Made by a program: the position numbers and the translations under genes
In this document: piece after piece, positions 50,471 through 62,499 of the stretch
Position numbering within the stretch: the first letter of the stretch is position 1
How the letters are laid out: each line of letters opens with the position of its first letter
Origin: Rhizodiscina lignyota
Lineage: Eukaryota
Assembly (NCBI GenBank): GCA_010015805.1
Contig: ML978126.1
Span: 620,001-684,000 of the forward strand
Direction: 5' to 3'
Length of the DNA stretch: 64,000 nt
Notes under the pieces: generated by a model
What the model was told of the DNA's origin: nothing
Databases searched by the model: none
What the model saw: only the letters and a program-made list of their open reading frames with translations

Positions 50471-51985
50471 GTGGAAGGTTGTTTGAAGGTTATTTGATGA
50501 GATTGATGCTCGATTGAATTGATTGTGCTTTGTGATCTGTGGAGTCCAGAATGTGGCAATTACCTTCTCGTTTAAATATGTAGCACTGTATAATTGTTTC
50601 GATTGAAACCATCACTGGTCATGCTCTCATGACACTTACTGAATAGGAAAGATATCTTGTTTGGGGTTCACGAGGTGACAATCGGACCATGCCAAAGCGG
50701 CCTCTCCCGCCGAGTGGTTCGAGACTCATCGTGGCGTGACTGATGAGTGTGTTGGTCATTGGTCCATTTCCGATCACACCACGTTGGCGGCCGGCGCCTA
50801 GCGCCGCAATCATTGGCGCTAGACAATGCCATGCTCTTGGTCCATCACGGGAATCGACAAACGGCATTTTCATATCGCTGATTGCAAATCTGTGCAAGCT
50901 GAAGATAGGTAATGTCGAGGAGAAATCTTGCAAGAAGAAAAGAAAAGGCGGGAGACTCGGGGATTCTCCCATAATCTAACCATTTTGGGACTAGATGATT
51001 TTGACACTCCGTAGTCTCAGACAAACTCAACTTCAATTTCGTTCGGACACATTCCATGAGCTCTTTTACCTGTTCCGTTCCTCGGAATCATTCAACTGAT
51101 ATTCGTTAAACCATTTTGCGTTCGCTAGAGTTTTCTACTCAACCTCCCACCTATTCAAACGAGGCACAAGACCTACCTACCTCCGGCCGTCACCCAGCCA
51201 TGATAATGATCCGATGTGGTCGATAGCATCAAGAGTAGCATTTTCGTACGACCCCAAAGCTTATTCGTCCGATCAAGAGTAAATAAGAGATTCAGCTTAT
51301 GCTCAGAGCGATGCTTGGGCGATAGTAGAGAGGCAATGAAAGAACGACCAAGTGGTGAATGACGCCGGCCATAGAAGCATGCTCATGCACAAGTGAATCG
51401 ATGCCTGAGCAACCGTGGGCCAAGCGAGGACGAACGACTAACGCAATCAAGGGTGAAGTCTAGGAATCTATACTTTACTGTGGAAGAACAGCCGTTCCAG
51501 TTCAAGGAAATGACCGCTGCCACGTGAGCGAAAAGCGGCCATCTGCTATGAAAGTGATGTTACAGCTGTTGAGTCAGCTCTGCAGAAGAAAGCCTAGCTC
51601 GTTCAGGTTGACAGTTAAGTATTGTGCGAATCAAAACCAAGAGGCGCCGTCTCCCTTCGAACCGGGCTGCAACGCTCGCGTGGAAGCAGTGGAAGAACAG
51701 CAACTCCAGTTCACAATTATGATGAAGCGGCCGCTGTGATGCAATCACCGAATGACCATCCACGCTGAGATGTTCCGAATTTCGCTCGAGTGAGGCGTAA
51801 CGACCACCCCAGCTGACATCTAGTAGCAAGGATTTGTTTACACGGAAAGTAATTAGAGGGCTCGGATATCGCGAAGTGCATCTAGTCTCGATGAATTCTG
51901 GCATTTGAAGTGTTACATTCCGCAGCCCGCGGGTATATCCTGATCTACTGGGATGTCATTGGTGTGCACTGCAGTGCTTTTGCGC

Positions 51986-52794
51986 TCACACACAGCGGCC
52001 GCCATCAACCTCAAGGTTCACACCGGTCACGAACTCTGCCTCATCACTGGATAGGTAGCAGCAAGCATTTGCGATATCACTTGGCTTCGAGTCTCTTCCG
52101 AGCGGGACCGTGGCGATGAAACCCTTCCGATTCTCTGGCGTATCTGCCTTCCCGAGGAAGAGGTGACTCCTTTGGAAATGTTAGCGAGCTAAGATACGTC
52201 AATGGAGAAAATGGGTACTGACAATCCCGTGCTGCCAGCGAATACCGGGCAGACAGCGTTGAAGCGAATTCCCTTTGGACCATACTCCACTGCCATTGCC
52301 TTCGTGGCATTGCTGACTGCCGCCTTCGATGCGTTGTACCAGGCCAGACCGGGACGAGGCCTGATACCTGCGGTGGAAGCGATGTTAATGAACACACCCG
52401 GTCTCTTGTTGTCCAGGAAGTACGGGAGCAGGACGCTCGTTGAGAGGTATATCGACCTCACATTGACATTGAAGACGAGATCGAAGTCTTTATCAGTCAC
52501 TGTCTCGGTGGGCTTGTTGGCGTACGTCGCTCCAGCATTGTTGATGACAATGTCAAGCTGGCCGAATTTATCAAGAGTTGTTTTCAGGACTGCGTGCCAG
52601 TCGTCTCTGTTCGTCACATCACCCTTCGTAAATTCGCATCCAATCTCTTTCGCAGCTGCACTGCCGCCGTCTGCGGACAGATCGGTGATGATCACTTTGG
52701 CTCCCTCCTTTGTGAACTTCTCCGCAATTCCTTTGCCGAAACCGGAAGCTCCTCCAGTGACGATAGCTACTTTGCCTTCGAGACGACCACCCAT
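51986..52794 (-). CDS. Classical short-chain dehydrogenase/reductase (FabG-like); intron 52222-52170
   Basis: TGGASGFG, INNAG, catalytic S..YNASK; exon 2 ends ..EFVTGVNLEVDGGRCV*. Confidence 0.93.
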
Positions 52795-53382
52795 GGCTGC
52801 TGATTTTGGTTACTGGAAGAGAGGTAGAACTTGTTTGGTATCAGATGAGAGCTCCTGGAGGACGTTTCAAGTAGATGACGATAATAGTGGGCGGATGTTG
52901 CAATTCCATTTAATCGAGCTTTTATGCGGTCCTTTTTCGGGCCAAGGTTACCTTCCCGAGCATATGAGAGTGTTGTCATGAGGGGCAAGAGCGGCCTAAG
53001 GGCCCCATCAGGGCGGTATCGCGGGGTATCTCCACGATGGACACAAACGGACAGAAGTGCGAGGCTCGTGATCACAAGCTCTCCATTATATCTCCAAATG
53101 TAAACATATGCATGTCTCTGCCGGTATTGCGCACCTTTTTCAAACAATTGATAGTGGTTATTAGTTCAGAGGGCATAGTTATCTCCCCACGGTTCGGTAC
53201 AACAGCTGTATATTGCCCCGCAGTAAGCCAGGTACGCGGAAGTACTTACTTCTTTTGATCCTAGAACTGCGCTTGTTATCACATTTTATATTTCAAGCTT
53301 CTCCTTTTGGCCTTGAACCAATATCTTGGGGCATTCAATCGTCTGAAGAATCAAGCGTTGCTTTGCCGAGTTACAAGCCACC

Positions 53383-53934
53383 ATGTCAATACCAAACGAT
53401 CTTCCGCCGGTAAACCGATACATCACGACTCATGACTCCGAGGGCAAAGCAGTCTTCTCCACTGAACTCTCCGAACAACCGCCGCGTGTTCACATGGGCG
53501 AGCGCGCTAGCTTCGCCTTGGCCTATACGACATCGGGATCTCCAGTCAAGCTCAACGACGATGCCGACATAGAAGGCTACAAACCATACCTGGCTTCTCC
53601 TCCTGGCCTGACGGTATCGAACGGGACTGTATGCCGCATGGTTGACTTCGCCCCAGCACGTCCAAAGGGGGCCATGCATCGGACCGTGAGCATTGACTAC
53701 GGCGTCGTCATTGAGGGGGAAATAGAATGCCTGCTGGATTCCGGGGAGAAGAGGATTATGAAGAGAGGGGATATTTGCGTGCAACGGGCAACAGCGCACG
53801 CGTGGAAAAATCTGAGCCAGGACAAGTGGGCGAGGATGATGTTTGTGTTGATGACCAGCGACAAGCCCACGGTCAATGGAAAAGAGTTGGGTGAAGACGT
53901 GCATACCGTTGAAGGAGTAAAGAAGTCGGGTTGA
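53383..53934 (+). CDS. Cupin-domain protein
   Basis: RYITTHDSEGKAVF; MHRTVSIDYGVVIEGEI..GDICVQRATAHAWKN..WARMMFV. Confidence 0.9.
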   Translation: MSIPNDLPPVNRYITTHDSEGKAVFSTELSEQPPRVHMGERASFALAYTTSGSPVKLNDDADIEGYKPYLASPPGLTVSNGTVCRMVDFAPARPKGAMHRTVSIDYGVVIEGEIECLLDSGEKRIMKRGDICVQRATAHAWKNLSQDKWARMMFVLMTSDKPTVNGKELGEDVHTVEGVKKSG

Positions 53935-54375
53935 TAGTTTTAGACTAACATAGAGGCAGTCATTATCGTTGAATACCTCCGCCGGGTTGTTTAATGACTT
54001 CGATCTTCTCAATTCTCACTTTGCCTTTCAAGCCAGTAGGTTACAGTTGAGTTGGCGCCGGTGGGAGTCAGTTCGAAATGCGTTACGCTGCTACACTTCG
54101 CATACTGTTGCTCTCGCAGTCTGCCTGCTACTATTCCGCCAATCCAGTAAATTGCGTTGGAATGGAGATTGAACGAAATCTGCTTCATAATTTTTGCACC
54201 TATCCTGGATCAATCAATCAACCTGTACTAACTTTGGCTCCTCTATCTCACTGTTTTCAGTAAAATCAAAGTGTTTAAGCTTCCTGGCTTCGTGCGCTAC
54301 CACGTTTATTCGCACAGAGAGCAGCTGCGCCACAAGGAACGACGGATGAATTGAGAAGGACAAGTATCCCATCCG

Positions 54376-56407
54376 TCAAAAATTTCCGCCAGTCGCATTC
54401 TGGCTATCGCTTGTCGGTTTCATATTCAAATGGAATCTGTATACGAAATCAATAACGCGGTTGCTGCTCAGTAGCCCTGCCGATAGAGAAAATATGCTGC
54501 GAATTTGTTAGTGACGATGGGAGAACGTCCGAAGTAACTCTTACAACTCCGTCCAATTTAACGTGGTCACTCCCACAGCCCTGCTGTCGAATCGAATATT
54601 TCCCGGACGATGCGATATTATGCCCTCGCAGGTGACTGCGATGGACGTAGCTAGCCAAAGAGCAGCCACGACGCCTTGAGCATAGCAACACCATCGAGGG
54701 ACGCCAGGAGTCCTACTCCAGCGAGACTCAACAAACATAAGCGTCAAGCTCCCGAATATAGCAAGAATGGACTAGCGTGCGTCAGCATCTAATCGTAGGA
54801 CAAGCAAGAAACGAATCATACCATCGTCACGGTGACACTCCAGGCCCATACATGAAATGCAAAATTCCCTGAACAAGCGAGGGCGAATAATACGATCCCA
54901 AATATGACCTGCCACACCCGAAATTTGAAGTACCAATCATCGACATACTTCACACTATCATCGCACGTGCCGCAAAGATTTCCATCGTCGTCGGCGGAGA
55001 ACGATTCCGCGTTTGAAAGCCTGTCACAGCGAGGGCAAAGAACCATACACGCGGTACCTCCCCCTACCATAAACCGCTGGCCATGGTTAAATTCGCCCCA
55101 TTTTCGCTGGCACACAATGCATGAGCGGTTGCCTTCGTGTCCAGGTAGCTGCCCGTCTCGAAACCATTCCTTCTGCCTGATGTGTTCGCAGGACCAGCAC
55201 ACTCGCTGATCACTCGTAGAGATTTGCTGCTCTTCTTCTCGCAAGACGGACTTGTGCAAATCGCGTCTCTCCTGCAGTGTCGATCCAGATACGAGATAGT
55301 TGTAGAAATTGCATGTCATGCCTAACCTGCGTACGTCGTGAAAATCAAGAAAGCTGACAATTATCAGCTGGAGTTCATTTGGTAGCATTAGCAGCGATGC
55401 TGATTGCTCCTTCCGATAACCGCATCCGAGCTGTTGCAGGTAGAGGCTCCATTGACTCCTCTGGCTCTTTGAAATTTTGGTTGTGACTTGCTTCTTCTCC
55501 TTCGGCTTCTCCCTTGTAGCTGAAGAACCACGGACGATGCGATGCCGGCGATCTAAACCATGTTTCTTGCTATGGTAACTCCACCAATAGATGAATATAA
55601 TGAGGATGACAGGGAAGACGAGGACTACCAAGAGGATCATTATTTCCACAAATGGATATTGAGCTGTAAGAACTGCTGATATCCGAGCCGAATCTTGGGA
55701 GGAGATATTCTGATGGTCTCCAGTGCGAATGTCCAGCCACCCTCGGTAGATTCCCGCATCATAGACTTTCAGAGTCCTCTGCCACCCGCACCAAGGGACA
55801 GCATCGCTTTCCCAGTCGAGCATTTTAAAACCGGCGCCCGCAAGAGCATGATCGAGTTGATCGAAATAGTGAATGCCCCATACAGTTCCGAGGTGATAGA
55901 TAGCGCCCCCGGTCTCGTTGGATGAAACGTCCTCGAAGTACATGTGAGAGCAGTAGATACAGCCGCACCAGCAGCTTTGAGGACATGACTGATCAATGCA
56001 GTTATTAGAATCTCGTGCAGATAATGGTATGAAAGGTTAGTTGAGAGATTCAACACGAGAAAATAAACGCTTACAGATCCTGCCATACTATCAGGAGTCG
56101 TGAAGGCGTCAATCTTCGCTCCACTAATGACTGTGTATACATCTGCAGCGTTGCCAAAGATTGCTGTCATTTCCCCTCCGTTGTTTGTGTTGGTTTTTAG
56201 AGAAGGTTGGAAATATGGTTCTGAAGAAAAGACAACCCCATTGAAAATCAGAATAAAATTTCAGAGTGAGGGTAAGAACGTTGATAGGCGCGAGGAGCCA
56301 GTAATGTTCCTCGTGAATGCGACCCGCGATGCCTTGTGGGATGCAGCATCCCCGCAAGGCTGAATGTGGAACAGAGAGAAAGAAGCCTCGTCCACGTGTA
56401 AATACAT
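54376..56407 (-). CDS. Membrane-embedded F-box protein (5' end uncertain, possibly frameshifted); introns ~56279-56221, 56074-55989, 54821-54772, 54544-54497
   Basis: TM helix IMILLVVLVFPVILIIFIYWW; F-box LLMLPNELQLIIVSFLDFHDVRRLGMTC; four CxxC pairs; further hydrophobic helices in the 3' exons. Predicted splicing keeps the frame. Confidence 0.65.
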
Positions 56408-56965
56408 GTTATCGTGCTGTAAAAGCTCTGGATAAGAGATACAAGGCTGAATATGCATCGTGAAGAAAGAGTTCGAGAATGATTCGTGCTATTCTCTCGT
56501 ACGGTGTTCTCAGCCACCCGGCTTGTCGGAGTGCTACATCCTGCGGACCTGATTGATAAATTGACCAGCCGGTCAGTCCTTCGCGTGGGGATAGTGGCTG
56601 ATTAGCCTCTAATATCAGAGTTTTGCGAGGGGAGTCGGTATTGGTGAGACACATTGGTGATGTTGGACATGATTCAGGGCTGCCGACGGCTATTGAAGTG
56701 AAGATTGAGGAACAAAAAGGGATTAGTCGGATGCGCAGTTTCAAACCTCACAAACTGAGCCAGGGCTTGGTAATAAGTGCTCTCGGTCTGCCTTTGCACT
56801 AGTACTGCGATAGCATGCAGGCATGAAATACGTCGCGTCGTGGTCGTGTCACTCTCTCGCAATCGCACGGCAAGTGACCCCACTTTTCGGCAATTCCGAA
56901 GATGCCCCCTTTTCATCGCCTTCGCATCCCAAGCAGTGGAGTCTTCCTTTCGTAGAGTGACGATA

Positions 56966-57663
56966 ATGGCGAACGACATAGCCTTTGAAGGTCAGTATAC
57001 TCGCAGCTAGGCTCAAGCAAATCTTGAAAGTGTTTAGAATGGCGCGAGCTGAGCCACATCACGTTCGAATGGGCAGATAGCTATGATTCCAAGGCTCGGT
57101 AAAGAAGACGCCTGATCGGTCCGTTTTGAAGGCTGATGGACGCAGTGCTATCCATACCTCCAATTGGACACCTTACTGAACAGAAGAAGGACTTCAGCCG
57201 CCTTGAGGCTATCATTGCCCCTCGTATCACGGTGAGCACGGGAGCACCAAGGGCATGACCACGCGGCGTAGCCACCAGTACTGAAGATTAATAGCTAGAC
57301 TATTCCGATGCCTTCGGCACGAAGTATGAGAATATATCAGCATCCGCTTTTTTAAAAATGTCGAGTCATCCCAAGCGGCTCGGAGGCTTAGTAGACTGTA
57401 TTCATCTCATCGGGAGTTCAAAGTTTAAGCGAACTGGTCCCAATTCAGTTACTGGGTATCATCAGATCAGGACAGAATACAAACGATGGAAGACTATGGA
57501 CAAGAAAGAGGTAGAGGCCACTGGCCAGGGGTTGGCTATGATGCTGCACTTCTACGAAAAGATTGATGGGAAGTGGAAGCTTGCAGGGACAAAGCCGACA
57601 GGGAGGATGAGCGAGTTCAACTTTGAGAACATCTTCAAAGACAGCGACGTTGCGAAACTGTAA
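56966..57663 (+). CDS. Scytalone-dehydratase-like protein; introns 56991-57037, 57094-~57189 (non-canonical GC donor), 57232-57294
   Basis: FEWADSYDSK, L..IIAP, LDYS, HLIG, GYHQIR, HFYEKIDGKWKLAG.KP..R.SEFNFENIF. Confidence 0.78.
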
Positions 57664-57997
57664 TGAGAAGAATGAAATTTAATAGGAGACATCCTATTAC
57701 CCTTGTACTGTACATAGGTACATTCAATATTCCACTATTGGAAGAGGAGCCCAGGTATGACCGCCGGGCGGGGAAAACCCATGGCAAGGATTGTCCACTT
57801 CCCAATACGGTGCTGTTGCGACACGGCTATAAGCGAGGATTATATGAAATTAAGCTTCTGACCTTGAAAGATACTACTATATAAGATGAGTGCTGTGCTA
57901 AGATTTGCGGTGAAGACTCGTAGACGGAATCAACTCTTTTCGCGGCGCGATCACCCCCCTTGGTACCCCCGATAACCCAGCCCAAGTTAGAGAGTAA

Positions 57998-59519
57998 ATG
58001 GCAAATATGGCGACAAACACAAGAATAGTGATAGCAGCTACAAAGGACAAGGGTAACGTACACGCGCAAAATGTACTGCAGGTGACCGCGGACAAGGTGT
58101 CTGAGCTGTTGATGAAGAACCACGAGCAATTCCACACCTATTTCTTTGCCAGCGCGCTGCATAGTATGTACCATGCTACCTAGCAATTCATGAAATGGGG
58201 ATGTAATTGACAGAAATCAGATCATATCGTGCATCATCTACTAGCTCTGTACGCCCTTGGAGCAACTCCTGATGAAGTCCAAAAGGGCTACGATGTCAAC
58301 AGCACATATCAAACCCCGGCTATCGTACGTAGCGCTCAAGTATCTCAAAAGCTGAACGACCCCGAGCAATTCAAGAACCGCATGGGACAGGGAGAGTTCT
58401 ATGACGACTTCATGAAGTTCTTCAGCGAAGAGTTAGCTGCAAATGGAGTCCAAGACACAGTAAATAAGTTCATTTTCAGAGGGGACGACCTGGCCGATGA
58501 TATGCTTGCGCGCCTCTTTGGTGGTAAAGTAGAAGACTCCTCATTGAACGTAACACATCCCTGATAAGAACATCACAGGCTTCCTGCACCCCATAATCCA
58601 CCTTGGATACGCTCTTGAGTTTGACCAACCGGTCTTGGTCGCGGAAGCGCTTGCCTCGACTGCAGTCCACGACTCCTGGCCCTCAGTCGTCTTTCTTCCA
58701 GCCGAAAAGTTGGCTCATCAGAGAGAACGACAGCCGGGTATCACACTCGTTTCTCTTCTGGGCAGGCTACGAGAAGACCCAGTCGTTTCAACAGCGGTTC
58801 GATCGGACGACCCGCCAAACAAAGTTACGGGCGGACTCCTCCCTCGTGCCGGCGACAGATTGGCAGAGTATCTCTCAGCATTCACCGTTGCGCCAGACGA
58901 GCTGCAGCGAAAGACGGCAGAGATGATCAACGCTGCCATCTACACGGCAGCCTGCGCTCAACGCCCTGGCAAGATGGAGATGTTCGACTTCTTCCTCATG
59001 CATTCTGTCAACACCTCCATATTCGTTCCAGTTATCAACCAGCAAGAATGGATTTCGGCTGCGAATAAATGTCGACTGCTAGAGCGGAAAGCGCGCCTCG
59101 ATCTGGCACTCTATGCAGCGTGTCGCACGCCCAAGCTATATCCTGAACGGGTTTTCCAGTATCAGGCAAAGACACCAGGAGACTGGGAAAGCATCTTTCG
59201 AAGGGCTACGAGCTACCAGGATGATGGACACACCTCGAAGCTCATCCGCGCATTGAAGAACGGTGAGGAAGTCACACGGCCATACGCGGGGGCACCAGGC
59301 TTCCAAATACCGCCAGAAGCATTCCTGACTATTGCTCATATGGTCATGGATTCAGTCGAGCGCATGGATGAGCCAGATTACAAGTTTCCAAAGGCCCTGT
59401 CATATTTCAGGGATATGAACGAGCAAGTCATTCGAGTGACCCTTCGTTGGATACGATGGTGTGGACTGGATGAGGCATGGGATGATGTGCCAGCTTTGCC
59501 AGGAAATGCGATGCTTTGA
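57998..59519 (+). CDS. Questin oxidase-like / HypA (AflY, MdpL family) protein; introns 58164-58220 and 58524-58578
   Basis: HNHIVHHLLALYALGA, GFLHPIIHLGYALEFDQP..AEALA, FDFFLMHSVN, DDGHTSKLIRAL, WIRWCG..EAW. Confidence 0.9.
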
Positions 59520-59535
59520 GTAGTGCTTCCAATGG

Positions 59536-59769
59536 CGCGGGTGTGACAAAACATTTGGCAGCCGGGCAAGCTGTAATGCCTAAGGGCGAGCAGCTCTTGC
59601 TCTTCAAGGTAATCGTCACTATGTCTGAAATTTTAGTTCAACGTTTTTCGGAATGTATTGAATATCAGTGTACCTTTGAAAGACTCGTAATTTGTATTAA
59701 TTGTGGACGCTATACGTCGTAGCTGTTCGATGGCTTTAAAGCCGCGGCCGATTTTTCGGTTGCCCTCCA
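59536..59769 (+). mobile_element. MITE-like element, copy E (full length), in the 3' gap between convergent genes
   Basis: Left GGGTGTGACAAAAC; GTGACA-to-CTCTTC spacing is 57 nt, as in copies A, F and G. Right part aligns ungapped with copy B. Confidence 0.72.
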
Positions 59770-59824
59770 CTGCGGTTGGGATCAGAGTCGATTCTTCATG
59801 TCGAATTGTGAAGCTTTCAGCATA

Positions 59825-61219
59825 TCAACCAAACGCTCTCCTTTTCGTCAGTTCTTGATACACGTCTTCTAGTACTTGTCTCTTCCTCTTCCGTTCGTCT
59901 TCCCTTTCTCGTTGTTCTTCATTCTCCCATTCTTCGAACATTGCATCTTCTGACGTTCTTGGCTTCCACGCTCGAATCATGCCGTCTCCATGGGCAGAGT
60001 ACAGCTCAATCTCATGTGCGCGCCATGCTAGCGCCATCGTGCGGTTCTTCACAACTCGACCGGTTTTCGCTGGCGCGTCGTTTGGCATGTCTTGTCCAGT
60101 TCGCGGCGTTCTCAGCCGCTTCATCAACCGCCCTTCAAACACTTCGTACATAAGGACCTCTTTCTCGCTCGGAAAGAACAACACATCCTTGCCAGGTGCC
60201 GTCGTAGACATTGGTGCCATGAGCGGAAGGAGCGTCGATAAGCCGGAGTTCTTAATGATCGGCCCAAAATTCGCAAGCGTATTTGCGCCTCGTATGACAT
60301 CCCATACACGAATCTTTTCATCGTGTCCAACTGTCACAACATGTCTCCCGTCTTCAGTCCAGACCACGCCATTAACGGGGCCATTGTGAGCCTTTCCGCG
60401 CTGACGACCACGAGCACCTCTTCCATGTCCATCATAGCCGAGTATGCCCACCGAGTCCTCCTTGTCTAAGACCCCAAGTGAGCTGTTGCTCTTTCGAACA
60501 TCCCAGAATCGCGCCGTGCCATCTGTACCTGCACTGCAGAGTACATGCTCTTCTACGGGGCTCCAAGCGACACTGAGAACTGCACCATTATGGCCTGCGA
60601 GGGAATGTGTGCTGGAGCCGGAACGCAGGTCTACCAGGCGTACAGAGGGATGTTGGATGGCGCATGCAACAAGGAGATGTGAGGCAATCGGGGAGAGGGC
60701 ATGCGAGTAGACGATTGCATCAAGTGAGAATGATGCTGATGGTTGCAGCGTCTCTGATGACCATATCTTCACGGTATGGTCGTATGAGCTGCTGAGGAAG
60801 GCCAGCGAGTCGAAGGGGTAGAAGGAAAGGTGGGTTACGCCATACGTGTGGTTCGCTTCGGACTTTGGTATCGTTCCTAATGGCCTGTGTGATGGGGGTG
60901 AAGTTTCTGCTGGCTGTTCGAGGTCCCAAATCGCGATGGTTGCATCTGCGCCGCCAGATAGAAGGCTGGTCGTTGTTAGCTTGATCCAGAAAGGATCTTT
61001 GCATGGCACGTACTATTTGCCCTCGAATTTATCAATGACTATTGTGTTTGTGCCTCCATTATGGGCAACTTCGTCTTTACTGTCGTCAAGAGTCGTTACC
61101 AACCTATCGAACTTGATTTGGGTGGGTTGAATCGCGTGAAGTAGACGCGCATGTTCGTTGTTTTGCAATTCTCGAGGGCTCAGTGAGCCCAAAGAGCGGT
61201 TGAGCAGAGAGGTATTCAT
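59825..61219 (-). CDS. WD40 DNA excision repair protein CSA/ERCC8 (Rad28/Ckn1-like); intron 61013-60966
   Basis: YLLSGGADATIAIWDL, FYPFDSLAFLSSSYDHTVKIW, VRLVDLRSGSSTHSLAGH, KAHNGPVNG. Confidence 0.9.
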
Positions 61220-61321
61220 CCATCTGGTGCTTTCTCAGAAGGTTGGTAGTTGAGTAGACTTAAACGCAGACCCCTCTCCATGACTCGATGTGAAGTCGCG
61301 ACGTTAAGAACCACTCACTTA

Positions 61322-61557
61322 GTGGGGGGTGACAAAATAGCAGTCCCTGATGGAGGTTGACAAGATGCGACGCGAACGAGTTTTACTCTTCAACACAAGT
61401 GAACGCATGCATGAAAGTTGAATTTCAATATTGTTTTGTTAACATTTATTGAAATTTCGCCACTTTAATAAAGATGGGTTAATTCCTGGAAACGATTGCA
61501 CAGGTTAAGAATTCGACATTGCAGTTATCGTACGGTGCAACTTTTTTGTCTCATCAC
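61322..61557 (+). mobile_element. MITE-like element, copy F (full length, flanked by TA on both sides), inside the CSA/RRN10 divergent promoter
   Basis: TA|GTGGGGGGTGACAAAATAG ... CAACTTTTTTGTCTCATCAC|TA; core TTTTACTCTTC-N8-TGAACGCATGCATGAAAG. Confidence 0.72.
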
Positions 61558-61684
61558 TAGTCGTATTGTTAAGGAGCCGCCGAATCTAAACTTAACTTTC
61601 ACGCGCTTCCCCGTGACTTTGCATATCCCTTTCAATACACGAACGTCATGCTTTCGTTCTGATTTACCTCTCAATCTGACCACC

Positions 61685-62475
61685 ATGGAGACGGATGAGC
61701 CAGCAAAGAAAAGACCTCGCCGAGAAGTAACAGTGTACGATGCTGTTGCCGGTATGCCATTCTCGAATACCGCAAAACAGATGCTAATCATTCATGTACA
61801 GGAAGAGCATCAACTCGTGGTTTTCTTCCTAGCGAAATCTACACGTCTTCAACTAGAGACACGGCGACAGTATCAAATGCGCCAATACGACCAGAGGAAG
61901 TTCTGTTTAAACGAAAGCACGCTCCCGCAAGGTACGAGGAAGACGACATCTACTTTCAAGAGCGCCATCTGCCTCCAAATGTGAAATTGCCCGACTCGGA
62001 TCTTATGAAAGCGATTCACACATATGCTTCTGATTTCTACGGAAGTGAGGCCGTACTCAGGGGTAAGACTCGGGCGAAGAGCAAGGATTGGGAAAGCATG
62101 GACGAGACTGCTCTGATGGCAATGGGCATCTTGCTTGAAGAGGCAGCGGCAGAAGCGCTCGGCGACTCCGGTTATCTCGCGTTTCTTGAAGAGGATGGCA
62201 CGAAAGAAGATGATGCACCGCTAGTATGGAACGGTAGACGCTGGGTGAAGAGTGTGATTCGTAGTAGACGTGAGCATCGTGGCATTGGGGTCGAACCTGA
62301 TGGTAGCGAAGATGATGAGCTTCGGGCACAGGATGATGGTGGGGAGATGGAAGACGAAGCGACATCTTCAGATCAAGAAGAGACAGGGGCAGAACAAAAG
62401 GGAGACAAGAAACGTAGAGCCCTCCCAATCCTTCGGGCAAAAGCTGGAGGTATGTGGACAGCAATCAATGATTGA
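61685..62475 (+). CDS. RNA polymerase I upstream activation factor subunit Rrn10-like; intron 61752-61801
   Basis: VTVYDAVAGR, PEEVLF, LPDSDLMKAIHTYASDFY, SMDETALMAMGILLEE. Confidence 0.75.
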
Positions 62476-62499
62476 AGGAGGGAACCATCAGTCCACTGC

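Noticed and set aside
7344..62475. Two putative Pol I UAF subunits (Uaf30-like, Rrn10-like) in one window
   Set aside because: They are 53 kb apart with many unrelated genes between; no evidence of clustering.
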